Positions 48,133 through 59,245 of a DNA stretch of 64,000 bases are shown here, in pieces (within the stretch, counting starts at the first letter, position 1; every line of letters begins with the position of its first letter). Origin of the DNA: an uncultured delta proteobacterium (GTDB lineage Bacteria; Desulfobacterota; Binatia; UBA9968); the NCBI GenBank assembly GCA_963745035.1, contig CAVUVW010000026.1, forward strand, positions 64,001-128,000. The letters are read 5' to 3'. The position numbers were made by a program, and so were the translations under genes. The notes beneath the pieces are model-generated. The model saw only the letters and a program-made list of their open reading frames with translations, did not search any database and had not been told where the DNA came from.

Positions 48133-49083
48133 ATGAAACGAATTGTCGTCTCGCTCGCGGTAATGCTCTGCTTGCTCGGCATGGCTCCATCCAGGAGCGC
48201 GGCAAAGATCATCGTCGGCCTGTCCTCGGTAAACGTCGCTTTCCTGCCGGTCTACGTGACCGAGGCGAAAGGTTTCTTCAAAGACGAGGGACTCGACGTG
48301 TTGTTGGTCCTGTTCAACGCCGGCGCGACCAACTTGCAGGCGCTCGTCGGCGGCGACGTTCACATCATGGGCAGCGCCTTCGTGGAAACCATCGGCGGAC
48401 GCGCCGCCGGGATGGATATCAGGAATTTTTGGGGTATCTCCAATATCATGCCGTTCCAGCTTTATTCGCAGCCGGATTTTAAATCGATGAAGCAGGCCAA
48501 AGGCAAGCGCTTTGCGATCAGCCGGTTCGGGTCGCTTACGGACTTCTTAACGCGATCGAGTTTGCGCCACTTCGGCGTGGACGCCAAGGACGTGACGATT
48601 CTCCAGATCGGCAGCACGCCGGCGCGCTTCGCCGCGCTATCAGCAAAGGGCGTTGACGCATCCCTGGTGTGGTTTCCGGTGACGGAGATCGCCAAAGCGC
48701 AGGGGTACAACAAGCTGCTCGACCTCAAGGAAGTGTTTCCAGAATGGCCGTATGAAACATTCGCCGCGAAGGAGTCGTATCTCAGCAAGGAAAGAGATCA
48801 GGTCACGAAGTTTCTCCGGGCTTACCAGCGCGGCATCAAGTACACCCATGAGAACAAGGCCGACGCGGTGCGGATCATGGGCAAGTATGTGAAGATAGAT
48901 CAGGCCTATGCTCCCGCCGGTTACGACGAGTATCGCGACTCGTTTCCGATGAACGGACAAATCGCCGAAAAAGCCATTCCGGTCGTGATCGAAGAAGAGT
49001 TCCAAGCCGGCAGAATCAAAAGGAAGATTACCCTCGAAGAAATGATTGACCGCTCGTTCATCAAAATGTTAGGGGGAAAGTAA
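48133..49083 (+). CDS. NMT1/SsuA-like ABC substrate-binding protein
   Basis: Signal peptide; KGFFKDEGLDV; ISRFGSLTD. Confidence 0.88.
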   Translation: MKRIVVSLAVMLCLLGMAPSRSAAKIIVGLSSVNVAFLPVYVTEAKGFFKDEGLDVLLVLFNAGATNLQALVGGDVHIMGSAFVETIGGRAAGMDIRNFWGISNIMPFQLYSQPDFKSMKQAKGKRFAISRFGSLTDFLTRSSLRHFGVDAKDVTILQIGSTPARFAALSAKGVDASLVWFPVTEIAKAQGYNKLLDLKEVFPEWPYETFAAKESYLSKERDQVTKFLRAYQRGIKYTHENKADAVRIMGKYVKIDQAYAPAGYDEYRDSFPMNGQIAEKAIPVVIEEEFQAGRIKRKITLEEMIDRSFIKMLGGK

Positions 49084-49112
49084 TTCATTCCGAGTCCAAG
49101 AAGGAGGGCGCT

Positions 49113-50207
49113 ATGATTATCGATCTAGATTCTCATTTGCGTGAAGGTTATTTCATGGACGAAGTTTACAACCTGCCGGAGCCCTACGCGCGCTTTACGC
49201 CGCAGAAAGCCGGCGAAGGCAGAAATCACAATACCAAGTGGGTTCATTCTCTGGATCCGGGCGATCCGCAGGGGCGCGCGGCGCATCGCCATCCCTACAT
49301 CTACGATCCTAAAGTGAACTGGCGCAACGGCGAGATCGCGGCGCGCCAGATCGCCGGGCATGATATGGAGTTTCGCTTCAACGACATCAAAAGAGAAGGC
49401 CTTGATAAGCAGGTGCTGTTTCCCACCGGCATCAACGTCGCCACGGAAAACGTCGGTGGCTTGGGCCTGGCGTGCGCCCAGTCTTACAACAACTGGGTGC
49501 GAAAGCTGATCCGTGGTCATGAAGACATGTTTTTACCGGTCGCCATGGCGCCCGCCGGCTGTCCGGAAGAGATGGCGAATGAGCTGCGGCGCTGCGTCAA
49601 GGAGCTGGGCTTCAAGGCGAGCCATCTTGTGCCGTACATCGGACGGCGCAACCTCGACCATCCGACGTTTTATCCGTACTATCAGGCGGCTGAGGAGTTG
49701 GGCGTGCCGCTCTTTTGCCATCCGAACAGCAATGGCGAATTGACCGACCGCTTCGATAATTTTTTTAAAACGCACGTGCTCGGCCGGGTGATGAACTGCA
49801 CGCCGGCTCTGGTGGCGCTGGTGCTCGGCGGCGTGTTCGAGAAATTTCCCAAGCTCAAAGTCGCGTTCTTCGAATGCAGCGCCGAGTGGCCGCTCTACTG
49901 GATGCACCGCATGGACGACGACTGGGAGTGGGCCAAAGACTTTCCCCAAGTATCCGGTGATCTCAAGATGGCGCCATCGGAGTATGTCAAGCGCAACTGC
50001 TATTTCACCTGCGAGGCCGACGAAGGCGACATGAGCCAATCGCTCAAAGAAGTCGGAGAGGATCATTTTCTGATGGCGACCGACTACCCGCACTTCGATT
50101 CGGAGTTTCCGCACACGGTATCGGGCATTCGCGAGCGCACGGATTTAAGCGCCAAGCAGAAGGATAAGATTCTCGGAGAGAACGCGGCCAAGCTGTTGAA
50201 TCTGTAA
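49113..50207 (+). CDS. Amidohydrolase_2 family protein
   Basis: IDLDSH, FCHP, ATDYPHFD. Confidence 0.9.
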   Translation: MIIDLDSHLREGYFMDEVYNLPEPYARFTPQKAGEGRNHNTKWVHSLDPGDPQGRAAHRHPYIYDPKVNWRNGEIAARQIAGHDMEFRFNDIKREGLDKQVLFPTGINVATENVGGLGLACAQSYNNWVRKLIRGHEDMFLPVAMAPAGCPEEMANELRRCVKELGFKASHLVPYIGRRNLDHPTFYPYYQAAEELGVPLFCHPNSNGELTDRFDNFFKTHVLGRVMNCTPALVALVLGGVFEKFPKLKVAFFECSAEWPLYWMHRMDDDWEWAKDFPQVSGDLKMAPSEYVKRNCYFTCEADEGDMSQSLKEVGEDHFLMATDYPHFDSEFPHTVSGIRERTDLSAKQKDKILGENAAKLLNL

Positions 50208-50248
50208 CTGCGCGCGCCAATTCAACGCGAGGATAGAACTCTTTATGG

Positions 50249-50326
50249 CGTCACCCCCGAACGTTTTTATCGGGGGTCCAGTCGGAGTCTCGCCTGGATT
50301 CCCGCTAAAAGCATGCGGGAATGACG
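50249..50326. repeat. REP-like palindrome
   Basis: CGTCACCCCCG...CGGGGGTCCAG...CTGGATTCCCGC...GCGGGAATGACG. Confidence 0.7.
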
Positions 50327-50434
50327 GAGTGTTAGGGCGAGAACTTGTCGTAAAGCAGCGCAGAACGCTTTTTCGGAAAAACAACAGAGCTTTCTGATGC
50401 GCGATAATCCCGTCGTCAACTCAGCCTAACATGC

Positions 50435-51402
50435 CTACTTAACCAGCCCGGCTTTCTTTGCGATCTGCTCGACCTGCCGGTGTTCTTCGCGAATTTCAGC
50501 GAGGAGCTTGTCGGGGGGAGCGTAGTCGGCGACCAGGCCGAGGTTGCCGAGCTTCGAAGCCACTGCCGGGTCCTTCATAACTTTCTCCAAGCGCGGCGAT
50601 CAGACTTTTCGACACTTCCGCGGGCACGCCGGCCGGGCGCGAAAAACGCGGACCAGACACCCAAAAGGTTTTGCTTGTAGCCTAACTGAGGCAAGGTTGG
50701 GATCTGAGGAAACTCCGGCATCTTCGTCGATGCCACGATTCCTCTCATCGTGCCTGCTTTTAAATGTTCGGCGACGACGCCCTGAGCGGCGGCCGCTCCC
50801 TCGATGTGACCGCCTAAGGCCGCGGTCACTCCCGGTCCAGCGCCTTTGAACGGCACCATGGTGATATCCGCGCCGGTAAGGGAGTTTATGATCTCGACGG
50901 TAAAGTGGCCGACGGATCCCGGCCCTACGGTGCCGACGCGCAAGCTGCCGGGATTTTTCTTGCCGTACTCGACCATCTCGGCGAAATTTTTGAACGGTAC
51001 GTTGCTATGGACCGCAAGCAGGATCGGTGTGCGCACCGCCATGCCAATCGGAGTCAGGTCCTTGAACGGATCGTAAGGAACGGCGTCAGGCGTGAGAATG
51101 CGATTGAATATCAGCGACGCATTATTCGCGATCAGGATCGTATAGCCGTCCTTGGGCGCTTTCACCGCGCTGTCGGTGCCGATGGTTCCGCCCGCGCCGG
51201 GTCTGTTAACCGCGACAACCGGTACTTTGAGCAGTTTGGAGAGGCCTTCGCCGATGGTACGACCAGCCACGTCCGTGGCATCGCCGGGCGCCAGTGGGAA
51301 TGATGAGATTGATGGGTTGTTTTGGATAAGCTTGAGCGCGGAGCGACTGAGGCGGGAAGAGAAGCACAAGCCTGTCGATAGAGCCAGTAAACTACGAATC
51401 AT
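50435..51402 (-). CDS. Bug/TctC tripartite tricarboxylate transporter binding protein (several frameshifts)
   Basis: PGDATDVAGR, NRPGAGG, DGYTIL, VPFKGAGP. Confidence 0.85.
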
Positions 51403-51413
51403 GAAGTTCTCCT

Positions 51414-52442
51414 TTAGCGCGAAACTTCCGCGCCCCAAATCTCTTTCAGAAAGCCACTCTTCTCTAGATCCTCAGCGAATCGGTTGTCAATGATATCTCC
51501 GGGCTTGCGCCGCACGTTGGTGCCCTGCTCGCGAACAACTTCGATGGCGCCGGCCACGGTACTCTCGGGCACGAGCAATCGGCGGTTGACCAGCAATTTC
51601 GCGTAGGCGTCGTAAGCCGATTGGAGCGCATCCGCGTCGTTGAGCTTGAGCGCTTTGCTCACCGCTGCTTTGCCTTTCTCCGGATTTTTCTCGACGAATT
51701 GGATCGACTCCGCCAGTGCCGCGACAAACTTTTGTGTCACGGCTGGACGCTCTTTCAACGACTTCGCGTTGGCATGAAGCGAACTGTAAAGCGCCGGCAA
51801 GCCGAGGTCGTTAAGTCGGTAAACGAGGTTGAAGCCGTCGCGCCGGCCGCGCACATCGAGCGGCGGGGTGACCAAGGCCGCTTCGGCCAGGCCCGCGCGC
51901 ATGGCGTTGAACGGCTCGACCTGGCCCGTACCCCCGACAGTGAGAATCTTGACGTCGCTTTCGGTCAAGTTGAATTTCCTGAGCAACGCACGCGCAAGAC
52001 GAAACGTCAGATCGCCGGCGCGCGTGACGGCAATGCTCTTTCCCTTAAGCTCTTCAGGCCTTTTGATATCCTTGCGCGCCAGCATGACCCAGGGCAGGCC
52101 GACGAGCGGCGAAGCGATCAATTTAGCGTCGCTGCCGGAAGCCATACCCGGAATCGTCGCATCCGCCGCGCAGTAGAGATATTGAATCTCGTCGGCAGCC
52201 AAAGCCGCGAGCGCGACGCCGCTGCCGCGGATCGAGACGAATTCAACCTTGACGCCGTACTTATCGAACAGATTGGAGTCGAGAGCGGCGTAGAGGTGAA
52301 TGAAGCCCCCAGTTATGGCGCAGGTCGCCGCGCGGACGGTCGCGACCGCTTCTCCCGGTTTCGACAAATATGGGTTGGCGTACACCGGCCACGACACCGT
52401 GACGGCCGCGCATGCCAACAGGGTGGAAACAAAGCGTCTCAT
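51414..52442 (-). CDS. NMT1/SsuA-like substrate-binding protein
   Basis: Signal peptide; LFDKYGV; ELKGKSIAVTR; LEKSGF. Confidence 0.88.
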   Translation of the reverse strand: MRRFVSTLLACAAVTVSWPVYANPYLSKPGEAVATVRAATCAITGGFIHLYAALDSNLFDKYGVKVEFVSIRGSGVALAALAADEIQYLYCAADATIPGMASGSDAKLIASPLVGLPWVMLARKDIKRPEELKGKSIAVTRAGDLTFRLARALLRKFNLTESDVKILTVGGTGQVEPFNAMRAGLAEAALVTPPLDVRGRRDGFNLVYRLNDLGLPALYSSLHANAKSLKERPAVTQKFVAALAESIQFVEKNPEKGKAAVSKALKLNDADALQSAYDAYAKLLVNRRLLVPESTVAGAIEVVREQGTNVRRKPGDIIDNRFAEDLEKSGFLKEIWGAEVSR

Positions 52443-52594
52443 AATTCGTTCCCCCTTCCGCGCCTGCGATACAACCGTTGGTTCTGAGTTGTCAACCTCG
52501 GAGAGGCTGTACTAGAGTGGCGCCGTGGGAAAAACAAATAGCGGAACAATTTCGCACGCGGTGCTGCCGTCGATCTGAAAGGCGGTGTTTCGTG

Positions 52595-53572
52595 ATGGTT
52601 CCAACCTTATACAGTTTGGTATTTCTGCTGAGTGTCATCTTCTTGTCGGCGCCGCCGGCGGCGGCGCAATCGCTCAAAGTCGGCATGACTTCGAAGACGC
52701 TCTTTTACCTGCCGTTCTACGTCGGGCTCAAGAAAGGCTTCTACGCGGCGGAAAACTTGAAGACGGAGTTGATTCTCATCGGCCGGAGCGACGTTCAGCT
52801 TCAGGCGTTGATCGCGGGCGAGATCGATTTCGGCACGCTCAACGCCGACGGTGTGATCCTGGTCAACGAGAAAGGCGCCAATCTCAAGGTCATCGCCGGC
52901 GTCGACAACGCCGCTCCGTATATTTTGGTCGGCGGCAAAGCATACAAAAAGATCGAGGATCTCAAAGGCGCGCGCTTGGGCGTGTCCGGATTGCGCGGGG
53001 GCGCGACTTCCATTTTGACGGATTATCTGAAGAGCAGGGGCCTGCACTATCCGCGGGACTATACTTTCACGGTTATTTCCGGCGGCACTGCGGCGCGGCT
53101 GACGGCGCTCGAGAGCGGCGCGATCGCGGCAGGCATACTCGGCATTCCATATTCGGACATCGCTATCGATCAGGGCTTCAACAAGCTGGGCGACACCATG
53201 GAAGTGATCTCGACCTATCAGTTCAACGGCATCACCGTGAATCCGGCGTGGGCGGAGAAGAATCGCGCGACAGTCGTCAAGTTTCTCAAGGCGCACATCC
53301 GCTCGCTGCGCTGGATCCATGAGCAACCGCAGCAGGCCGCGGAATTTTTTACCGCGGAGATGGGCGTCAAGCCTCCCTATGCGCGCAAGGGCATCGACTA
53401 CTTTACGAAGAACAAGATTTTTCCCGTCGATGGCGCGGTGACCCTCGATGGACTCAAGGTCAACATCGAAGTCCAATTTCGCGACGGTATCCTGAAGGAA
53501 CCGCTGCCGGCGCCGGAAAAATACGCCGATCAGAGTTACGTCAAGCAGGCGCAGAAGGAACTCGGATTGTAG
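52595..53572 (+). CDS. NMT1/SsuA-like substrate-binding protein
   Basis: Signal peptide; KKGFYAAENL; DLKGARLGVS. Confidence 0.88.
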   Translation: MVPTLYSLVFLLSVIFLSAPPAAAQSLKVGMTSKTLFYLPFYVGLKKGFYAAENLKTELILIGRSDVQLQALIAGEIDFGTLNADGVILVNEKGANLKVIAGVDNAAPYILVGGKAYKKIEDLKGARLGVSGLRGGATSILTDYLKSRGLHYPRDYTFTVISGGTAARLTALESGAIAAGILGIPYSDIAIDQGFNKLGDTMEVISTYQFNGITVNPAWAEKNRATVVKFLKAHIRSLRWIHEQPQQAAEFFTAEMGVKPPYARKGIDYFTKNKIFPVDGAVTLDGLKVNIEVQFRDGILKEPLPAPEKYADQSYVKQAQKELGL

Positions 53573-53578
53573 AGATTG

Positions 53579-53617
53579 GTTCAAGCCGTTCAAATCGTTC
53601 AAAACGTTCAAGCCGTT
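53579..53617 (+). repeat. Short tandem repeat (GTTCAAnnC)x4
   Basis: gttcaagcc gttcaaatc gttcaaaac gttcaagcc. Confidence 0.8.
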
Positions 53618-53733
53618 AACGGAACAAGTCCCAGAGGTACCCAGGGGTGGAATCTGATTGACGGCAGGTGGGGTGCTTTGTTATCCGATCAAAGGATAGA
53701 ATTCTTGTCGCGCAACGGGAGCCTTCAACGAAT

Positions 53734-54747
53734 ATGAGTCACCATAGTGTGTTAGCTGTTTTCCTTTTCCTCGGCATAGCGCTTTTTTCTCTCAACGCTG
53801 AAGCTCAGCCCAGGTCAAAAATCGTTATCGGTTACGCCTCGATGAGCTCGGTGGTGACCACGCTCTGGATAGCGCAGGAGAAAGGCTTCTTTGCCAAAAA
53901 CGGCCTGGACGTGCAGTCTATATTTATTCCGGGGTCGCCGACGTTGATTGCCACGCTTAACACCGGCGACGTGCATTTAGGTTACACCGGCGGCACGGCA
54001 ACACTGGGAGCCGCGGTCGGCGGACTCGATCTGAAAATCGTCGCGTCCTTCGGTAATTTCGTTCAAACCGATTTGGTGGTTCGGCCGGACATCAAAACCG
54101 CGGCGGATCTCAAAGGAAAGCGCATCGGCGTTACCAGTATCGGAGGAACTGGCTGGATGTCGGCAATGTTGGGCCTGGAGCAGATCGGTTTGAATCCGGA
54201 GCGCGACAAAATCTCGATTGCCGCTTTCGGCGATCAAAGAGTCATTAGCCAGGCTCTGGAATCGGGAACGATCCAAGGCGCTTCGATTTCCGGAATCTTC
54301 AGTCGAAAGTTGAAAAGGGCCGGCTTCAATTTCTTGGGCGATCTGGAAAAGATTCCGCTGGTCGGCACCAGCCTGGTCGTGAAGTCCGAGTATCTGGCCA
54401 GCCATCAACCCATCGTGCGCGGCGCTGTTCGAGCGCTCATGGAAGGCCACGGGTTTGTGTTGAATCCGGCGAACAAGGCGACGGTGATCGAAGTCGTAAG
54501 CAAGAAACTCGGCATTACCGATCCGGTGGCCGCTAACGATGGTTATGACGATTACGTGCGGCGCACCGACAAGAAAGGCTTTGTCGTCGTCGACGGACTG
54601 AAAAATATTCAGCGCTTCATGAAACTGCGCAATCCAAAGATCGGCGATATCAATCTGGAACGGATGATCGACGAAAGTATTTTGCGAGAGTTGGAAAAGA
54701 GTGGATTTCTTGAACAGGCGATGAGCGGCAAAACCACCGTTCGCTGA
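53734..54747 (+). CDS. NMT1/SsuA-like substrate-binding protein
   Basis: Signal peptide; GFFAKNGLDV; DLKGKRIGVTSIGG. Confidence 0.88.
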   Translation: MSHHSVLAVFLFLGIALFSLNAEAQPRSKIVIGYASMSSVVTTLWIAQEKGFFAKNGLDVQSIFIPGSPTLIATLNTGDVHLGYTGGTATLGAAVGGLDLKIVASFGNFVQTDLVVRPDIKTAADLKGKRIGVTSIGGTGWMSAMLGLEQIGLNPERDKISIAAFGDQRVISQALESGTIQGASISGIFSRKLKRAGFNFLGDLEKIPLVGTSLVVKSEYLASHQPIVRGAVRALMEGHGFVLNPANKATVIEVVSKKLGITDPVAANDGYDDYVRRTDKKGFVVVDGLKNIQRFMKLRNPKIGDINLERMIDESILRELEKSGFLEQAMSGKTTVR

Positions 54748-54762
54748 AAAGGAGGAGGCGCT

Positions 54763-55854
54763 ATGGCCATCGACGGCATGAAAGTGATCGATCTGGACAG
54801 TCATCTGGTGGGCGATTTGGAGAGTTGGCATCAAACGGTCGAAGCGAAGTACAAGGATTTTTGCCGCGCAAGCTGCCGACCAAGGATAACGAGCGGCGCA
54901 AGACTCTGGTCGGCAATCAGATCATGGTCGGTTCCGAGCTTGGCCGGCAAAAGGCGGAAAAGAAGGAGTGGGTCACCGAAGCCGACCTCACGCCGCAGGG
55001 GCGGGTGCGCAATATGAATCTCGATGGCATCGACGTCGCGGTGCTTGTCGCCCAACTCGCCGGCGCTCGATATACTCTGGTTCGCGGACGATGCGGAGCT
55101 CGGCGCGGCCTACGCGCGGGCGCAAAACAATTACATGAATTGGTACTCCTCGCAGCAGCCCGGCCGCCTCATGTGGGCGGGCGTGATTCCGCTGCAAGAC
55201 CCAAAGGAAGCGATCAAAGAGCTGCACCGATCGCGCGAGCTCGGCAGCAAAGCGCTCAATGTGAAGGCGACGCCGATCCCGGGAAAGGAATGGTGGGACC
55301 CGCACTTCGATCCGATCTTCGATGAGCTCGAGAAAACCAAGACGCCGATCATTTTTCACGACACCAAGACCGGCTCCATGGGACATGAGCGTTTCGCCGA
55401 TAATTTTTTCTTCTCGCACATGGTCGGGCGCACCATCGAGAGCATGGTTTGCCTGATGGTTTACCTTTGCGGCGGCGTGATGGAAAAGCACCCGAATTTG
55501 AAAATCATCTGCCTCGAGACCGGCGCATCGCAAATGCCCTGGTGGCTGTCGCGCATGGACGAGCACTGGGAAAAGCTGCCGCATCTGGTTCCCTGGCAGA
55601 AGCGCAAGCCATCGGATATTTTCAACGAAAGCGTGTACGTCGGCTGCGAGCCATTCGAAGACGGCCTGTTCGAATGGGCGGTGGAATATTTGGGCGGCGA
55701 CCGGCTCGTGCTGGCGACCGATTCGCCGCATTGGGATTCCTCTCAGCCGGGGCAAGTGACCGGACCGATCTCGCAGAGCACGAAAATTTCGCAGGAAAAT
55801 AAGCGGAAGGTGCTCGGCGAGAACGCGATCAATCTTTTGGGCTTGGGTTTGTGA
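54763..55854 (+). CDS. Amidohydrolase_2 family protein (two frameshifts near 54860 and 55045)
   Basis: IDLDSH, IIFH, ATDSPHWD across three ORFs. Confidence 0.85.
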
Positions 55855-55922
55855 GATTTCAGCGACAAGGAAAGCTTCGCTCGGAAGCGTATCGTATTTC
55901 GGCTCCAATGAGAGGAGACGTT

Positions 55923-56936
55923 ATGAGTTGGTTACTAGCGGCTGCTCTTGCGGTTGTGAGTTTGCTTGCGCACTCCAGCACTTCTCACGCCGCCAGCGCC
56001 GGCCGCACCGTAGTCATCGCGCATGCGGCGATGAACGCCCGGGTGGCGCCGCTATGGGTGGCGCGCGACCGCGGGTTTTTTGCTAAGTATGGAGTGAACG
56101 CTGACACGATCTTCGTGCGCGGGGCGCCGACGCTGGTCGCCGCCATGCAGTCCAATGAGATCGACGTTGGCTACACGGGCGGAACGGCCGTCGTCGGAGC
56201 AGTCGCCAACGGCGCCGATCTGAAAGTCCTCTCCGCGTTCACCAATCGCGTGACCTACGACCTGATGGTCAAGCCTGGCATTAAACGGCCGGAGGATTTG
56301 CGCGGCAAAATATTCGGCATTCAAAGCATTGGCGGCACCGTATGGATGGGCGCCATTCTTGCTCTGGAGCATCTGAAGCTCGACGCAGATCGCGACAAGA
56401 TCAATATTATCGCAGTCGGCGACCAAAACGTATTAGCTCAAGCGCTGGAAGCGGGGACCATCGATGCGACCGTGCTCGACGGCGTGCAAAGCCGCCGCTT
56501 GAGCGCGCTGGGATTTGCGACGCTTGCGGATTTGAACAAGGCAAATTTGCCGATCCTGAGCTCCGGCTTCGTCATGAGAGAGCCCAACATTCAAAAGAAT
56601 CCGCAGCTCGCGGAGAACCTGATGAAAGCCGTTATCGAAGGTGCGGTGTTTTCGCTTTCGCAATCACAAAAACCCACAACGTTGAAGATCTTGCAAAAAT
56701 ATCTTCGAGTTACCGAAAAGGACGCGGAAGAAGGTTATCGCGACCTGGTGATTGGGACGGACAAGAAGCCTTATGCCGCGGCCGCGGGCGTTACGAACGT
56801 CGTTCGCCTGATGAAGCGAGGCAATCCGAAAGTTGAAAACGTTAAACCGGAAACGCTGATCGACGATCGCATTTTGAAAAAAATCGATCAGAGCGGTTTT
56901 ATCGATGAGGTGTTGGCAAAGTACGGAGTGAAATAG
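55923..56936 (+). CDS. NMT1/SsuA-like substrate-binding protein
   Basis: Signal peptide; GFFAKYG; QSIGGTVW. Confidence 0.88.
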   Translation: MSWLLAAALAVVSLLAHSSTSHAASAGRTVVIAHAAMNARVAPLWVARDRGFFAKYGVNADTIFVRGAPTLVAAMQSNEIDVGYTGGTAVVGAVANGADLKVLSAFTNRVTYDLMVKPGIKRPEDLRGKIFGIQSIGGTVWMGAILALEHLKLDADRDKINIIAVGDQNVLAQALEAGTIDATVLDGVQSRRLSALGFATLADLNKANLPILSSGFVMREPNIQKNPQLAENLMKAVIEGAVFSLSQSQKPTTLKILQKYLRVTEKDAEEGYRDLVIGTDKKPYAAAAGVTNVVRLMKRGNPKVENVKPETLIDDRILKKIDQSGFIDEVLAKYGVK

Positions 56937-56937
56937 C

Positions 56938-57061
56938 CGGGCTGGTGAAAACGTCCATATGCTTCGTTGCGCTTGATCGTCTCGCTCCAATGTACTGCAG
57001 AGTACGCCTCCGCGCGCCGATTCTGAGCGCGCCTCGCATCTGGAACGTTTTGACCAGCCCG
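56938..57061. repeat. MITE-like intergenic element
   Basis: Terminal inverted repeats CGGGCTGGTGAAAACGT / ACGTTTTGACCAGCCCG. Confidence 0.7.
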
Positions 57062-57109
57062 CAATCATTTTAGCTGACGCTTAGAGATCCGATATAAGGA
57101 GCAAAGGAA

Positions 57110-58246
57110 ATGTACATCGACGGCGATACACACTACTGGCCGCTGCGCTTCCTTGACAAGGTAAAGCACCCGGGGAAAGGGCATCTCGAAGTCGTCGAGG
57201 ACAAGGGCGACATGGTGCGCTACGGGGAAGTCGTGCCGGGGAAGGTGGCCACCTATTATCGCGACGGCAAAAAGATCCATTCCTTCAAGGAAGGGCGCTG
57301 GAGTTTATCGCTGCGCGCCGAGTTCATGAAGAAAGACGGCTTCGATGTGCAGGTACTGATTCCGGATAACCGGCCATTGATCTACGAATGCGAGCCGAGC
57401 TCGGCCGCCAGTTGGCCCGCGCGTACAACGACACGGTCGCCGAGGATATCCAGGGCGACGAGCGGTTCATCGGCGTCGCTTGGATCTATTTGCCCGACAT
57501 CAAGGAAGCCGTGAAGGAGCTTCGCCGCGCGGTGAAGGAGCTGGGATTGAAGGCGGTCAAGTTCAACGGCGGCTGGGGCGACGGCGATCTCGACAATGAA
57601 GTGCTGTTGCCGCTTTACGAAGAGATCGCCGATCTCGATATTCCGATTCTGCTTCACCCGGCCGCGCGAGTGTTCGAACTGCAGCATAGCCATCCCTGGC
57701 TGGTCGGCGCCGAGCGCTATCAGGGCTTTCAACATTTTCCGACGGCGCTGGGATTTCCTTTGACCTACATGGTCAGCGCGGCGCGCTTGATCTTCGGCGG
57801 CGTGCTCGATCGCTTTCCCACCTTGAAGTTCGGTTTTTTCGAAGGCGGCATCGGCTGGGTGCCATGGCTCATGCACACGCTGGATGCCCATATGCCCAAT
57901 GAAGCGACGGTCTCCGATCTCCGTGCAGCAGTTTTTTGAAGGCAAGAAGGGCATCAAGAAATCGCCCAGCCAGTATTTCGATCAATTCTACATCGCCGCG
58001 GTCTCGTGGGAATCCTACCTCGCTGACACGGTAAACGGCTGGCCGAACCATAACATCATCATCGGCAGCGATTTCGATCACGGCGACGCCGTCGCTACTT
58101 GGCCGCGCACCGTGGACGTTATCAAAAAGATGAAAACCCTCTCCGATGTCGACAAGGAAAAGGTCCTCGGCGGCAACGCGATGAGAATGTTCGGGTTGCA
58201 TGGCAACGGCGGCAATACAGTTGGCATATCCTCCGAGGCAAATTGA
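57110..58246 (+). CDS. Amidohydrolase_2 family protein (two frameshifts near 57395 and 57915)
   Basis: IDGDTH, LLHP, FEGGIGW, GSDFDHGD. Confidence 0.85.
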
Positions 58247-58377
58247 AGCGGATGACTGCACCACAGAATCCTGACAATTCCGCAGTTTGAAGGAAACTTC
58301 CTCCGGAAAATCACTACATCGGAAAGATCCGTCAGAAAAGTGTCGGCAAAAGGGTGGAGTGTCTCTAACACGCCGTT

Positions 58378-58392
58378 TGGCACCGTGGTTGC
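58378..58392 (+). promoter_or_regulatory. Sigma54 -24/-12 promoter
   Basis: TGGCAC-CGTGG-TTGC upstream of the USP gene. Confidence 0.7.
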
Positions 58393-58424
58393 CTTATTCA
58401 TAAAGGTGAAAGGAGGTGTAAATC

Positions 58425-58979
58425 ATGATTACTATAAGAACGATTCTCGTGCCTACGGATCTTTCTGCCGCCTCGGTGCCCGCTATCGCGTATGCTGCGT
58501 TCCTAGGGAAGGCTCATGACGCAGAAGTTGCCCTGCTGCACGTCGTTCCGATGGAAGCGAATAAGGGGCATTTCACTGATAGCTATGCCGAAGGGGTTGG
58601 GTTTGCGCTGGGTAATCAGCCGGCTGGTCGGCTGCAGCACGATGTGGAAGCCATCTACGCGCCCAAGAAGGAAATTCTGCTTGGTTTTCTCGATCACAAT
58701 ATAGGAGCCGATCTTCGCAAGACGACAAAGTTCAGGGCGCTCGTCAGACCTGGAAAGGTCGTTGAGGAGATTATTGCTGCGGCTAAAGAGGAGAAATCCG
58801 ATCTCATCGTGATGACGAAACAAGCAGGGAATCTGCGACGACTGTTTGGCGGAAGCGTCACCGAGCGCATTGTTCGACATGCTCCGTGCCCGGTCCTCTC
58901 GATGCAGCCATCAGCCGAAGTCAGGACAGAAAAGAACGAACGGTTTCCGGTCAAGCTCATCGACAGGTGGGCTGCTTGA
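58425..58979 (+). CDS. Universal stress protein
   Basis: ILVPTDLS, DLIVM, GSVTERIVRHAPCPVL. Confidence 0.92.
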   Translation: MITIRTILVPTDLSAASVPAIAYAAFLGKAHDAEVALLHVVPMEANKGHFTDSYAEGVGFALGNQPAGRLQHDVEAIYAPKKEILLGFLDHNIGADLRKTTKFRALVRPGKVVEEIIAAAKEEKSDLIVMTKQAGNLRRLFGGSVTERIVRHAPCPVLSMQPSAEVRTEKNERFPVKLIDRWAA

Positions 58980-59245
58980 TTACTCTTGGTTGCCGACGCG
59001 AAACCCCGGCCAGTCTATGGCCGGGTTTCGCCCGACTGATGTCCGCCCCGGCAGTAAGCTTAATCATCCTATCCTGCCCTTGATCGCCACACGGCAGCGC
59101 TGAATCGAAAGCTATAGTCACGCCCACAGTCGACTGAAACCCGGTCGAACTTCGGGTTCATCGAGGGAGTTCGATTGACAACTTTCGGAGCATTGGATAA
59201 ATCTTTTTGCATAAACTTTTTCATAACATTGTTAGGAGAGAAATC

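Noticed and set aside
53579-53617. CRISPR array (also considered for 13495-13530 and the dispersed repeats)
   Set aside because: No regularly spaced 23-47 bp repeats with unique spacers, and no cas genes.
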